NCBI GenBank assembly: GCA_030739855.1
Contig: JASLYJ010000003.1
Coordinates: 6,276-70,275 of the forward strand
Direction of reading: 5' to 3'
Source of the DNA: Alphaproteobacteria bacterium
GTDB taxonomy: Bacteria > Pseudomonadota > Alphaproteobacteria > UBA11136
DNA: 64,000 nucleotides
Made by a program: the position numbers and the translations under genes. This document shows positions 1 to 9,245 of this stretch, piece after piece. The notes under the pieces were generated by a model. That model searched no databases. It saw only the letters and a program-made list of their open reading frames with translations, and was not told where the DNA came from. Positions within the stretch are counted from its first letter, which is position 1. Each line of letters opens with the position of its first letter.

Positions 1-629
1 TTCCCTTCCCCGAAACAGCGCAGAATAGCCAAGGGATCGGGGAGGTCGGCCACCCTCTTGTCCAGCCACCATCGCGCCTTCTGGATTTTCATTACATCGT
101 CGATGCGGTGATCGAGAAAGGTCCAGGTGGCTGAGAAATCCTCAGTCTCATCGGCGAGCCAAGTCAACAGCGTGGTCCCGTAGACACCAGCCAGAAGTCC
201 CCTCTTAGTATAGAAGTTGAAGTCGGTTGTCATATCGCCAGAGGCACGCCACATTTCATCCACAGTGCGAGCCAGGCATGTCACTCCCAAGGCGGTATGG
301 GCAGGCAGTGCCAGTAAGGCCAGCGCCCGGCGCACCGCCTCGCGGTGGCCGGCGAGGAGGTCAAGACGCACACGCACAGCTTCGGTGATGCGGTCGCGTA
401 CTCGCATATCCTCTAGGGACATGTTTTCAAGCACTTCCACCATCTTGCGGTCGGCGTATAGGCTGAAGAATTCCACCAGATCAGTGGGACCACCGGGGAA
501 GGCGCGCCAGGCAAGGTCAGGGTCTAGGCCAGAATCGGCCACACCAGCCCCGATCACCTCCTGTGTCCAGCCGTCGAAGGGAACATGAGGCAGGGCAGCG
601 AGAAGAATCTGCGTCCTTTCTCGGTCCAT
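1..629 (-). CDS. COQ9-family ubiquinone-biosynthesis accessory protein (rpsU-divergently-transcribed family); C-terminus cut by window edge
   Basis: Absent from the ORF track because it runs off the left edge. My reverse translation from ATG (629-627) reads MDRERTQILLAALPHVPFDGWTQEVIGAGV...TDFNFYTKRGLLAGVYGTTLLTWLADETEDFSATWTFLDHRIDDVMKIQKARWW, open down to base 1. It resembles bacterial COQ9-type proteins as I recall them. The + ORF 217..588 is its antisense shadow. Confidence 0.7.
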   Translation of the reverse strand, partial: MDRERTQILLAALPHVPFDGWTQEVIGAGVADSGLDPDLAWRAFPGGPTDLVEFFSLYADRKMVEVLENMSLEDMRVRDRITEAVRVRLDLLAGHREAVRRALALLALPAHTALGVTCLARTVDEMWRASGDMTTDFNFYTKRGLLAGVYGTTLLTWLADETEDFSATWTFLDHRIDDVMKIQKARWWLDKRVADLPDPLAILRCFGEG

Positions 630-722
630 GGGTGTCTCCTCAACGTTAGGTGCCTATACGGTGCTTGTTGACTATGACTCTGAGCGGGCGGCGTAGCGAC
701 ACCAGCTGAAGCCTAATCGGCC

Positions 723-1016
723 TTAGATCGGCTCTTCACAAACGTAATCACAACTATTCGTCCAAAAAGACTGGCAACTTAATAGACGAGGTGTCTTCCT
801 AAATTTTTTACAATGGATTTCGGCTTCTGGAAGCGTTATCTCAGGGTGAAAGTAAATTCCGTGATAAACAGTTACTCCATTCTCATCTCCCCCACCATAT
901 GTCATCGCACCAGTATAGCTTCCGGTTTGGGAGCAGCCCAAAAAAGCAGAACTCAATACTACAATGCTCAAAGCCACAAGTCGGAGAGCTCGTTCCATAG
1001 GGCTCTGTTTTACCAT
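723..1016 (-). CDS. small secreted Cys-rich protein, probable lipoprotein, no family recognised
   Basis: 97-aa ORF. The hydrophobic signal LRLVALSIVVLSSAFLGC ends in a lipobox-like FLGC. The mature part has 5 further Cys. The gene is visibly AT-richer than def and COQ9 on either side. Alternative start at Met7 (998). Confidence 0.5.
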   Translation of the reverse strand: MVKQSPMERALRLVALSIVVLSSAFLGCSQTGSYTGAMTYGGGDENGVTVYHGIYFHPEITLPEAEIHCKKFRKTPRLLSCQSFWTNSCDYVCEEPI

Positions 1017-1045
1017 ATCTGGTTCTCTTTTTTTCTTTTCCCAGT

Positions 1046-1615
1046 CTAGGGAATACGTCCCGCCGTATCACGGCGCGCATTCACCTCGTCGGCGAGGCCG
1101 TGACGCAGCTCCCCGGTAAAGCTGAACAGGGAGAGATCAGTCATGCGCGTAGGAAAGAGAACCCCATTCAGATGATCGCATTCGTGCTGCACTACCCGAG
1201 CGTGGAAGCCGCTGGCCTCGCGACTTATTTCTTTACCCTCCGGAGTGATGCCTCCGTAACGCACGTGAGTATGGCGCGGCACTACTCCGCGCAGCCCCGG
1301 CACCGAGAGACAACCTTCCCATCCCAGTTCCATTTCGTCACCCACCAGCTCCACTACAGGGTTGAGTAAAGCCGTCCATCCGACAGGCTTTGCCCCAGGC
1401 TCCTCAGTGATACGGTCGGCGGGGATCCGGAACAGCACCACCCGCAAGGGCACGTGCACCTGGGGCGCGGCCAAGCCAGCGCCACAGATATCTTCTAGGG
1501 TTTCCATCATATCAGCCACCAGAGCGCGGATTTCCGGAGCACAGGGATCGTCTACTGCCTCTGCCCTGCCCCGCAACACCGGATGGCCCATGCGTGCGAT
1601 CTTCAGAATGGCCAT
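1046..1615 (-). CDS. def: peptide deformylase
   Basis: Metal-site motifs EGCLSVPG and HECDHLNG. Start moved from the track start 1654 to MAILKIARMGHPVLR (ATG 1615), the usual Def N-terminus. Confidence 0.9.
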   Translation of the reverse strand: MAILKIARMGHPVLRGRAEAVDDPCAPEIRALVADMMETLEDICGAGLAAPQVHVPLRVVLFRIPADRITEEPGAKPVGWTALLNPVVELVGDEMELGWEGCLSVPGLRGVVPRHTHVRYGGITPEGKEISREASGFHARVVQHECDHLNGVLFPTRMTDLSLFSFTGELRHGLADEVNARRDTAGRIP

Positions 1616-1811
1616 ATGGCTAATATGATGCCCCGTTTTCCTCCGGTAAAGCACCCCATTGTGCCAGATTTTTTGTACCTCATATAGGTTTCCAAAGTCA
1701 TACGGTGGTTTAGAAGGACTTCACAATCCTGGTATGCTGTGTTATGAAGCGCGGCCCATTTGGCAAAGCCCCTTAACGGGGTGTTATATTTGAGAAAAAG
1801 GGGAACATGCC

Positions 1812-2018
1812 ATCGTTTCTGTCACCGTCCGCGACGGCAATATCGATCAAGCTCTGCGCGTGCTCAAGAAAAAGATGCAGCGCGAGGGCATCTTCCGCGA
1901 GATGAAGCTGCGCCGTTCTTACGAGAAACCTTCTGAAAAAAAGGCTCGTGTCTCCGCTGAAGCCCTGCGCCGTCAACGCAAACTCATGCGCAAACGCATG
2001 TTGCGCGAAGGTTACTAG
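1812..2018 (+). CDS. rpsU: 30S ribosomal protein S21; no canonical start codon, ATC 1812 proposed as initiator
   Basis: The frame translates as (I)[67 protein letters not shown], an unmistakable S21. There is an in-frame TGA at 1791-1793 and no ATG/GTG/TTG before the conserved VRD. AAGGGGA (1798-1804) lies 7 nt before ATC 1812. Track ORF 1773..2042(-) is the antisense shadow. Confidence 0.8.
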   Translation: MVSVTVRDGNIDQALRVLKKKMQREGIFREMKLRRSYEKPSEKKARVSAEALRRQRKLMRKRMLREGY

Positions 2019-2040
2019 CCCCTTTCCGCGTCTACGTAGC

Positions 2041-2070
2041 AAAAAAGGCGAAGCTTCAGATGGCTCCGCC
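2041..2070 (-). terminator. rho-independent terminator after pntB (convergent with rpsU)
   Basis: The minus strand reads GGCGGAGC-CATCTGAA-GCTTCGCC followed by TTTTTT, an 8-bp stem with one G-U pair. It lies about 30 nt downstream of the pntB stop. Confidence 0.6.
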
Positions 2071-2101
2071 CCTGGTGATTCTTAGGATACTTAAGTAGGC
2101 A

Positions 2102-3496
2102 TCAGCCCAGCGCTACCACGATCTCCTCAGTCATTTTCTTGGCGTCGGAGAATAGCATCATAGTTTTGTCTCTGAAAAACAGTTCGTTGTGCACCCCGGC
2201 ATAGCCTGTGGCCATAGAACGCTTGATAAAGAGCGTTGTGCCTGCCTTTTCCACATCGAGAATGGGCATGCCGTAGATGGCGCTGGTGGGATCGGTCTTA
2301 GCCGCCGGGTTAGTGACGTCGTTGGCACCGATGACGAAGGCCACATCGGCAGTGGCGAATTCGTGGTTGATCTCCTCCAATTCAAACACCTCGTCGTAGG
2401 GCACATTGGCCTCGGCTAGAAGCACATTCATATGACCTGGCATACGGCCCGCCACTGGATGGATGGCGTAGGCCACTTCTACGCCCTCTTCCTTAAGCTT
2501 GTCGGCCATCTCGCGCAGGGCATGTTGGGCCTGGGCCACAGCCATGCCGTATCCAGGAACGATAATGACCTTGTTAGCATTCTTCATGAGGAAGGCGGCA
2601 TCGTCGGCGCTGCCCGATTTCACCGGGCGGTCGTCACCGCCAGCTCCGGCCGCGGGACCCGCCACCTCGCCACCGAATCCGCCCAGCATCACGTTGAAGA
2701 TGGAGCGGTTCATGCCTACGCACATGATGTAGCTGAGGATAGCGCCGGACGAGCCCACCAGCGCCCCGGTGACGATCAGGGCCACATTGCCCAGGGTAAA
2801 GCCAATGCCGCAGGCCGCCCATCCCGAATAGGAGTTGAGCATGGACACCACCACCGGCATGTCAGCGCCGCCAATAGGAATGATGAGGAGGAAGCCAACA
2901 AGGAAGCTGAGCCCCGCCACCAACCAGAACATTTCCGGGGTCTGATTGAAAATAAGCGCGATCACAGAAGCCACGATAGCTAGGCCGAGAGCAGCGTTAA
3001 GCGGGTGCTGGCCCGAGAAGACCACGGGGTTTCCACTGACCAGGCCCTGCAGCTTGGCAAACGCTACCACCGAGCCGGAGAAGGTAATGGCGCCGATGGC
3101 CGTGCCCAGACTCATCTCGATGAGGCTGGCGGCGGCAATATTGCTCACCGTACCGATGCCGTAAGCCTCGGGGTTGTAGAAGGCGGCGGCAGCCACAAAC
3201 ACAGCGGCCATGCCGACCAGACTATGGAAGGCAGCCACCAGCTGCGGCAGGGCAGTCATCTGGATCCTGCGCGCCACCACGGTGCCTATGGTGCCACCGA
3301 TGAGAACGCCGATGATGATGCCGCTGGGGCTCACTACCTGCGGATTCATCAGCGTGGTGGCGACGGCGATGGCCATGCCGACAATGCCGTAGACATTGCC
3401 CTGGCGCGCCGATTCGGGCGAAGACAGCCCCCGCAACGCCATGATGAAACACACACCAGCAACGAGATAAGCGTATCCTGTCAGTGTCGCACTCAT
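2102..3496 (-). CDS. pntB: NAD(P) transhydrogenase subunit beta
   Basis: 464 aa. Polytopic membrane N-half, then the C-terminal NADP(H) domain (VIIVPGYGMAVAQAQH, IHPVAGRMPGHMNVLLAEA). Follows the two alpha parts. Confidence 0.93.
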   Translation of the reverse strand: MSATLTGYAYLVAGVCFIMALRGLSSPESARQGNVYGIVGMAIAVATTLMNPQVVSPSGIIIGVLIGGTIGTVVARRIQMTALPQLVAAFHSLVGMAAVFVAAAAFYNPEAYGIGTVSNIAAASLIEMSLGTAIGAITFSGSVVAFAKLQGLVSGNPVVFSGQHPLNAALGLAIVASVIALIFNQTPEMFWLVAGLSFLVGFLLIIPIGGADMPVVVSMLNSYSGWAACGIGFTLGNVALIVTGALVGSSGAILSYIMCVGMNRSIFNVMLGGFGGEVAGPAAGAGGDDRPVKSGSADDAAFLMKNANKVIIVPGYGMAVAQAQHALREMADKLKEEGVEVAYAIHPVAGRMPGHMNVLLAEANVPYDEVFELEEINHEFATADVAFVIGANDVTNPAAKTDPTSAIYGMPILDVEKAGTTLFIKRSMATGYAGVHNELFFRDKTMMLFSDAKKMTEEIVVALG

Positions 3497-3508
3497 ATCA
3501 CCGTCCCC

Positions 3509-3919
3509 CTATTTCTTCTTTTTCTTGAACATACCCAGCATGCGCTGGGTGACGATGAAACCACCGAAGATATTCACCGAGGCCAGGGTCACGGCGAGGA
3601 TTCCCATGAGCTTGGGGAAGTCCACTGCACCTGCCGGTGAGGCAGCGATGAGACCGCCGACGATGATGACACTGGAGATAGCATTGGTCACTGCCATCAG
3701 TGGCGAATGCAAAGCCGGCGTGACGCTCCACACCACGTAGAATCCAATAAAACAGGCAAGAATGAAGACGGTAAAAAGCTGGAGGAAGGAGTCGCTCCCA
3801 GTCGCCGCCTCGGCCACTGGTACGGCTATCTCATAGGCCACCTGGTTGGTTAGCGTGCCCACTTGATCGGCTAGTGTCGCGGCGCGGTCAGAAAGAATGG
3901 CGTGGATCATATCATTCAC
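3509..3919 (-). CDS. pntAB: NAD(P) transhydrogenase subunit alpha part 2 (membrane part)
   Basis: 136 aa, hydrophobic, between pntAA and pntB. Its start overlaps the pntAA stop by 8 nt. This is the split-alpha arrangement known from Rhodospirillum rubrum. Confidence 0.88.
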   Translation of the reverse strand: MNDMIHAILSDRAATLADQVGTLTNQVAYEIAVPVAEAATGSDSFLQLFTVFILACFIGFYVVWSVTPALHSPLMAVTNAISSVIIVGGLIAASPAGAVDFPKLMGILAVTLASVNIFGGFIVTQRMLGMFKKKKK

Positions 3920-5066
3920 CTCCCGTGAGCATGGGATGGACTACCTTGCCGTCGCGGCAGAGCAACGTGCCAACAACAGTTTCGTCCTCCCAGTCGAAAT
4001 TGAGATCCTTTTTTTCTTGGTCCGCATGGGGCGATAGGAAATTGAGCAGGTTTTTAGCAAACAGAAGGCTGGCGTCCTTAGCCAGACGGCCCGGCACGTT
4101 GTCGTGACCCACCAGGGTCACGCCGTACTTAACTACCACCTCACCAAGCTGCGAGAGCGGGCAGTTGCCACCCGCCTCCACCGCCAGATCCACGATTACT
4201 GAGCCGTGTTTCATGGTCTTGACCATGTCCTCGGTGACAAGCACTGGGGCGGGCCTTCCAGGGATAAGAGCAGTAGTGATGACGATGTCCTGGCTCTTGA
4301 TGTGCTCGGACACCACTTGTTTCTGCTTTTCGAAGTATTCCGGCGGCATTTCCTTAGCGTAACCGCCCTCAGTTTGAGCGTCTTTTTCCATCTCCGGATC
4401 CACCTCGAGGAACTTGCCACCGAGACTTTCCACCTGTTCCTTGGTGGCCGGCCGCACGTCGGTGGCCGTAACGATAGCGCCTAGGCGCTTAGCGGTAGCG
4501 ATAGCTTGAAGCCCGGCCACACCCACGCCCATGATAAACACTTTGGTCGGGGGGACGGTACCGGCGGCGGTCATCATCATAGGAAAGGCGCTGCCGTATT
4601 CGGCCGCGCCGTCAAGCACCGCCTTGTAGCCCGCAAGGTTGGATTGGCTGGAAAGGATATCCATAGACTGGGCACGGGTGATACGCGGCATCAGTTCCAT
4701 GGCGAAGGCTGTGATCCCGGCCTCGGCCATAGCGGCCACATCCTCTTTGTGGGTCAGTGCCGCCATGTGGGCCAGCACTACGGCACCTTTTTTCATTAGG
4801 GAGAGTTCGTTATGGCCCTCGGCACCATCGGTGATGGGACGCTGGATCTTGAGCACCATATCAGCGTTTTTATATGTGGCGGTAGCGTCCTCAGCGATGG
4901 TAGCACCAACGTCCTTAAAATTGGCATCGGTGATAGCGGCGGCCTCTCCAGCCCCCTTTTCAACGGCCACGTCGAAGCCGAAACCAACGAGCTTTTTTAC
5001 CACTTCCGGCGAAGCCGCCACCCGCGTTTCTCCAGGCCTACATTCCCTGGGTATAGCGATTTTCAT
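3912..5066 (-). CDS. pntAA: NAD(P) transhydrogenase subunit alpha part 1 (soluble dI)
   Basis: 384 aa. N-terminus MKIAIPRECRPGETRVAASPEVVKKLVGFGFDV and Rossmann motif IMGVGVAGLQAIATAKRLGA, typical of dI and the alanine dehydrogenase fold. Confidence 0.93.
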   Translation of the reverse strand: MKIAIPRECRPGETRVAASPEVVKKLVGFGFDVAVEKGAGEAAAITDANFKDVGATIAEDATATYKNADMVLKIQRPITDGAEGHNELSLMKKGAVVLAHMAALTHKEDVAAMAEAGITAFAMELMPRITRAQSMDILSSQSNLAGYKAVLDGAAEYGSAFPMMMTAAGTVPPTKVFIMGVGVAGLQAIATAKRLGAIVTATDVRPATKEQVESLGGKFLEVDPEMEKDAQTEGGYAKEMPPEYFEKQKQVVSEHIKSQDIVITTALIPGRPAPVLVTEDMVKTMKHGSVIVDLAVEAGGNCPLSQLGEVVVKYGVTLVGHDNVPGRLAKDASLLFAKNLLNFLSPHADQEKKDLNFDWEDETVVGTLLCRDGKVVHPMLTGGE

Positions 5067-5270
5067 TATCCCTCCAAGCCCTTGGTTTCCAGGATTTTAA
5101 TGTACTCCGCCAAAACCCTGAGCAAAACAGCGGCGCACAATGCCGCGTCAGGACTAATTTGACAAGTGAGTATCTTGCCTTTGCGCCCTATTGCGCCATT
5201 CGTTTCTTGCAAAGTGATCAGTTATGGGTCTCGATTGGTAGTTTCTAGTAAAAATACGCGCGAAAGGAGC

Positions 5271-7031
5271 ATGGCCGCGTCCAAACCCACAATGCGATAC
5301 GAAACCTGGCCCAATCTAGCGACCATGTTCTTCGAGAAGGTCGCCGAGAGGGGTGACAAGCCCTTTCTCTGGGCCAAAGCTAAGGGTGCCTACCACCCAA
5401 TGAGCTGGAGAGAGGCGGCGACAAAGGTGTGCGCTTTAGCCGCAGGGCTACGTGTGCATGGCCTTGCCCGTGGCGAACGAGTTATGCTGGTTTCCGAAAG
5501 CCGCCCCGAATGGCTAATCTCCGACATAGCTATCATGGCCGCAGGCGGTATCACGGTACCCGCTTACACCACCAATACCAGCGACGACCATCTGCATATC
5601 CTTGGTAACTGCACCGCCCGCGCCGCTATCGTCTCCACACCCGACCTGGCCCAACACCTATTCCCAGCGGCCCACCGCAGCGACAGCCTTGATTTCATCA
5701 TCGCCATGGAGCCGCTGGATATAGCCCGAACCATGGGATTCCAGCTTTTCTCCTGGGATGATACGCTAGCAGCAAACAAGGCCAAGGCTAGTGAGATCAA
5801 GGCCCTGGCAACAAATTTAAAACGAGAGGATATCGCCTGTCTTATCTACACCTCAGGTACTGGCGGCGTACCCAAGGGGGTGATGCTAAGCCACGGGGCC
5901 ATCCTCAGCAATTGTGGCAGCGCTTTTGACGCTCTCACCCAGTTGGGGTTAGGCGATGAAGTGTTTTTGTCTTTCTTGCCACTGTCTCATTCCTACGAGC
6001 ATACAGCGGGTCAGTTCTTCCCCATTTCTATCGGCGCCCAGATCTACTACGCGGAAAAGATCGAGACCCTGGGCGCTAACATGATTGAGGCCCGCCCCAC
6101 CCTCATGACCGCCGTGCCGAGGTTGTATGAAAGTCTATACCAGCGCATCACACAGGGGTTGGCTCGCGAAGGTGGATTGAAAGAAAAACTCTTTAACCGG
6201 GCTCTAGCGCTAGGTGTACGCGCCTATGAAGGGCGCGACCCGCTAAATTCCTTGGAGCAAGCAGTCAACTTCCTTCTGGATGTTCTGGTGAGGCGTAAAG
6301 TGCGGGAACGTTTTGGCGGGCGCTTGAAGGCCCTGGTTTCCGGTGGTGCACCACTTAATTACCAGACCGGGCTTTTCTTCACGGCGCTTGGTCTACGCCT
6401 TCTCCAAGGTTATGGTCAGACCGAATCGGCACCTATCATTAGTTGTAACCCAGTCTCCGACAACCGTATCTCCACCGTGGGCCCAGCCTTGAAAGGCGTC
6501 ACCGTGAAGATCGCCAACGATGGGGAAATTCTGGTCAAGGGTGAACTGGTGATGCAGGGCTACTGGGATGACCAGGAAGCCACTGCCGAGGCTATCAGGA
6601 ATGGCTGGCTGCATACTGGTGATATCGGCGAGATGGACGAGGATGGCTACATCCGCATCACCGACCGCAAGAAGGATATCATCGTAAATTCCGGCGGAGA
6701 TAATATCTCGCCCCAGCGCATCGAGGGGTTTCTTGTCCTGGAACCGGAAATCGCCCAAGTCATGGTCCACGGTGACAGGCGACCGCATCTGGTAGCCCTC
6801 ATTATGCCAGAGGAGGACCTTACCGGATCGCCCAAGGCTCGTGACGCCGTGGCCGGGGCCGTGGACCGCGTAAACAAGGAGCTAAATCAGATAGAGCGAG
6901 TGCGTCACTTCATCCTCGCCGAGGAGCCCTTCACCGTGGAGAACGGCCTCATGACCCCCACTATGAAAATCCGCCGTCATAAATTACGCGAGCTCTACGG
7001 CGCGGCGCTGGAATCCCTATACAGAAAATAA
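5271..7031 (+). CDS. long-chain acyl-CoA synthetase (AMP-forming)
   Basis: AMP-binding signature YTSGTGGVPKGV, then GYGQTE and GWLHTGDIG...DRKKDII. Start moved to ATG 5271 (MAASKPT), preceded by AAGGAG. The track start 5166 adds 35 non-conserved residues. Confidence 0.85.
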   Translation: MAASKPTMRYETWPNLATMFFEKVAERGDKPFLWAKAKGAYHPMSWREAATKVCALAAGLRVHGLARGERVMLVSESRPEWLISDIAIMAAGGITVPAYTTNTSDDHLHILGNCTARAAIVSTPDLAQHLFPAAHRSDSLDFIIAMEPLDIARTMGFQLFSWDDTLAANKAKASEIKALATNLKREDIACLIYTSGTGGVPKGVMLSHGAILSNCGSAFDALTQLGLGDEVFLSFLPLSHSYEHTAGQFFPISIGAQIYYAEKIETLGANMIEARPTLMTAVPRLYESLYQRITQGLAREGGLKEKLFNRALALGVRAYEGRDPLNSLEQAVNFLLDVLVRRKVRERFGGRLKALVSGGAPLNYQTGLFFTALGLRLLQGYGQTESAPIISCNPVSDNRISTVGPALKGVTVKIANDGEILVKGELVMQGYWDDQEATAEAIRNGWLHTGDIGEMDEDGYIRITDRKKDIIVNSGGDNISPQRIEGFLVLEPEIAQVMVHGDRRPHLVALIMPEEDLTGSPKARDAVAGAVDRVNKELNQIERVRHFILAEEPFTVENGLMTPTMKIRRHKLRELYGAALESLYRK

Positions 7032-7133
7032 AGCAGCGATACAGACCAGTCCCAAAGGCACGGTGATCATGCCAAGATTCTGAGATTCTATTCCTCATAT
7101 GGAACTTGGCGGCACGGGAATCCCCTGTATTGT

Positions 7134-8114
7134 TCAAACGCCGTGATAGTCCCTATACCACTTAATGAAACAGGGTATGCCTTCGTCAATAGAGGTGATC
7201 GGCTCGAAGCCGAAATCACGGCGGCTGGTCTCGATATTAGCGTAGGTTTCCTTTACATCGCCGGACTGCATGGGCTCCATCCTCACTTTTGCCTTTTGTC
7301 CCAGCGCTTGCTCTATTAATCCGATGAACCGCATGAGCGGCTCGGCCCGGTGATTGCCAAGATTGTAGACGCGGTGGGAGCTTTCATTACCGTTATTGTT
7401 GAAAGGTTTGTCGAGACAGGCCAGAACCCCGGCTACAATATCATCAATATAGGTGAAGTCCCGTTTCATATCGCCTCCGTTAAAAACGGCGATTTCCTCC
7501 CCAGCAAGGATTTTCTTGGTAAAGATAAAAGCCGCCATATCGGGCCGTCCCCAAGGGCCGTAAACGGTAAAGAAACGAAGCCCTGTCACAGGTAGGCAGT
7601 AGAGATGGGCGTAGGAAGTAGCCAGAAGCTCCGCCGATTTCTTGGTGGCCCCGTAGAGGGAGACGGGGTTGTCCACCCGGTCCTCCACGGAAAAGGGAAG
7701 CTTGTTGTTATCACCATAGACTGAGGAGGAACTAGCGTAGATCAGATGGCGCAGTTTCTTTAACGCGCGGCAAGCCTCCATCACCACCAGCTGTCCGGCC
7801 ACATTGGCGTGGATATAGGCGTGGGGATTGACTAGCGAATAGCGCACCCCGGCCTGGGCAGCGAGATGTATAACCTGATCAATGTCGGGAAACTCAGCTA
7901 CCAGCGCCATCATGGCATCCTTATCGGCGATGTCGAGGCGTCGAAAGGTGAAGCCCTTCTCGTCCCCGAAGCGGGCCAACCGCATCTCTTTGAGGGACAC
8001 GTCGTAATAGTCGCTGAGGTTGTCCACCCCGACCACCGTTTTGCCACGATCTAGAAGCGCGGCAGTGACATGAAAGCCGATGAATCCAGCAACGCCAGTG
8101 ACGAGTACGCTCAT
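7134..8114 (-). CDS. NAD-dependent nucleotide-sugar epimerase (UDP-glucuronate 4-epimerase-like)
   Basis: Extended-SDR features VLVTGVAGFIGFH, ASSSSVYG and YGATKKSAE. Start moved to MSVLVTG (8114). Confidence 0.8.
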   Translation of the reverse strand: MSVLVTGVAGFIGFHVTAALLDRGKTVVGVDNLSDYYDVSLKEMRLARFGDEKGFTFRRLDIADKDAMMALVAEFPDIDQVIHLAAQAGVRYSLVNPHAYIHANVAGQLVVMEACRALKKLRHLIYASSSSVYGDNNKLPFSVEDRVDNPVSLYGATKKSAELLATSYAHLYCLPVTGLRFFTVYGPWGRPDMAAFIFTKKILAGEEIAVFNGGDMKRDFTYIDDIVAGVLACLDKPFNNNGNESSHRVYNLGNHRAEPLMRFIGLIEQALGQKAKVRMEPMQSGDVKETYANIETSRRDFGFEPITSIDEGIPCFIKWYRDYHGV

Positions 8115-8259
8115 GCTGCGTGATCCGATCCAAAAGCCATGGCGTTCCCCTCTCTGCCCACGCACCTAAGGCATGGCCTCAGTGTTCCCTTCCCCATCTG
8201 CGCCAGCGGACCTTAAAGTAATATCCAGTTAAATGGGAAGCTTTTGATGGTGACACGTC

Positions 8260-8574
8260 CTAACTTTCGGACTCAGCGCGGGCGTGGGAGATTTCGTACT
8301 GGGCTAGCTGTTCGGGCGTAGCTTCGGCCTGGTATTTCTCTTTCCATTCTCCATAGGGCATACCGTAGATTATCTTGCGGGCTTCGTCATAGCTCATTTC
8401 CAGCCCCCTTTCCTCAGCAGCGGCCCGGTACCATTTTGACAAGCAGTTGCGACAGAAACCAGCCAGGTTCATGAGGTCTATATTTTGCACGTCAGTGCGT
8501 CTGCGGAAATAGTCTACCAACCGACGAAAGGTGGCGGCCTCCAGTTCGGTACGAGCTTGATCATCCATGGTCAT
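8260..8574 (-). CDS. DUF1244 family protein
   Basis: 104 aa with FRRLVDYFRRRTDVQNIDLMNLAGFCRNCLSKWY, the pattern I associate with DUF1244. Function unknown. Confidence 0.7.
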   Translation of the reverse strand: MTMDDQARTELEAATFRRLVDYFRRRTDVQNIDLMNLAGFCRNCLSKWYRAAAEERGLEMSYDEARKIIYGMPYGEWKEKYQAEATPEQLAQYEISHARAESES

Positions 8575-8787
8575 CTCCTATTATCGGGTTGGTGTGGAAT
8601 TCATATTTGCCGTCAGGGGAGCGATTACCAGTCCCTTCACAAGAATTTCCAGGTGCAGCGTATCCGACAGCGCGACAGAGGGCGAGAAGCGACATTTCCC
8701 CCAAGAGGAGGGCTAGTAGCGGGAACGGTCGGGAGAGGGGAAAAAGACGCGACACACGGGTGAAAATAGCCGCCGCGGGCAGAAAAC

Positions 8788-8913
8788 TCAGCCCTGTCGG
8801 GCCTTAAACCGGGCATTTCTCTTATTAATTACGTAGACTCGTCCCTTACGGCGCACCACACGGCATTCCCTATGGCGTTTCTTCGCTGTTCTGAGGGAAT
8901 TAACAACTTTCAT
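8788..8913 (-). CDS. rpmJ: 50S ribosomal protein L36
   Basis: The last 41 codons of track ORF 8788..9051 read [41 protein letters not shown], the alphaproteobacterial L36 type. ATG at 8913-8911. Confidence 0.9.
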   Translation of the reverse strand: MKVVNSLRTAKKRHRECRVVRRKGRVYVINKRNARFKARQG

Positions 8914-9130
8914 TACCGTCGCTCTCACATATTCGCAATCGAAGGCTGCGGAACATACGAACCGAGGGGGGACTCTGTCAACCTTACCGGGCAGAGTATA
9001 AGCCCACGTTTCCTCACTTTTTAAAGGCGTGAAAGCGGAAGATCTTGACATCGTTAGAAGCCAGCACTCAGTTCTTTACCTCCACGGAAATCCCGTCGGT
9101 CTTGGGCAGCATATAGTCGATTAGAATGAG

Positions 9131-9170
9131 AAAATAGCGTTCCCCAGGGGAGAACACCCTCCGGGGAACG
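9131..9170 (-). terminator. rho-independent terminator immediately 3' of tRNA-Val
   Basis: The minus strand reads CGTTCCCCGGAGGG-TGTTC-TCCCCTGGGGAACG, a long GC-rich hairpin, followed by CTATTTTC. Confidence 0.65.
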
Positions 9171-9245
9171 TGGTGGGCGATACTGGGATTGAACCAGTGA
9201 CCCCCTCGATGTCAACGAGGTGCTCTCCCGCTGAGCTAATCGCCC
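9171..9245 (-). tRNA. tRNA-Val (anticodon GAC), 3' CCA encoded
   Basis: Reverse complement GGGCGATTAGCTCAGCGGGAGAGCACCTCGTTGACATCGAGGGGGTCACTGGTTCAATCCCAGTATCGCCCACCA. Acceptor stem GGGCGAT/ATCGCCC, D-arm GCTC/GAGC, anticodon stem CCTCG/CGAGG with loop TTGACAT, T-arm ACTGG-TTCAATC-CCAGT. Confidence 0.9.

Noticed and set aside
217-588. 123-aa + strand ORF rich in Arg/Ser/Ala
   Set aside because: It lies entirely antisense to the well-supported COQ9-type gene (1-629, minus). Its composition is typical of a GC-rich shadow frame.
1773-2042. 89-aa minus-strand ORF
   Set aside because: It is antisense to the S21 frame, which gives an unmistakable ribosomal protein. This is a shadow ORF.
9171-9245. 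tRNA-Val as the attachment site of a genomic island
   Set aside because: There is no integrase, no phage or IS gene, and no repeat of the tRNA 3' end that I could see nearby. The 3' side of the tRNA leads straight into rpmJ and other core genes.
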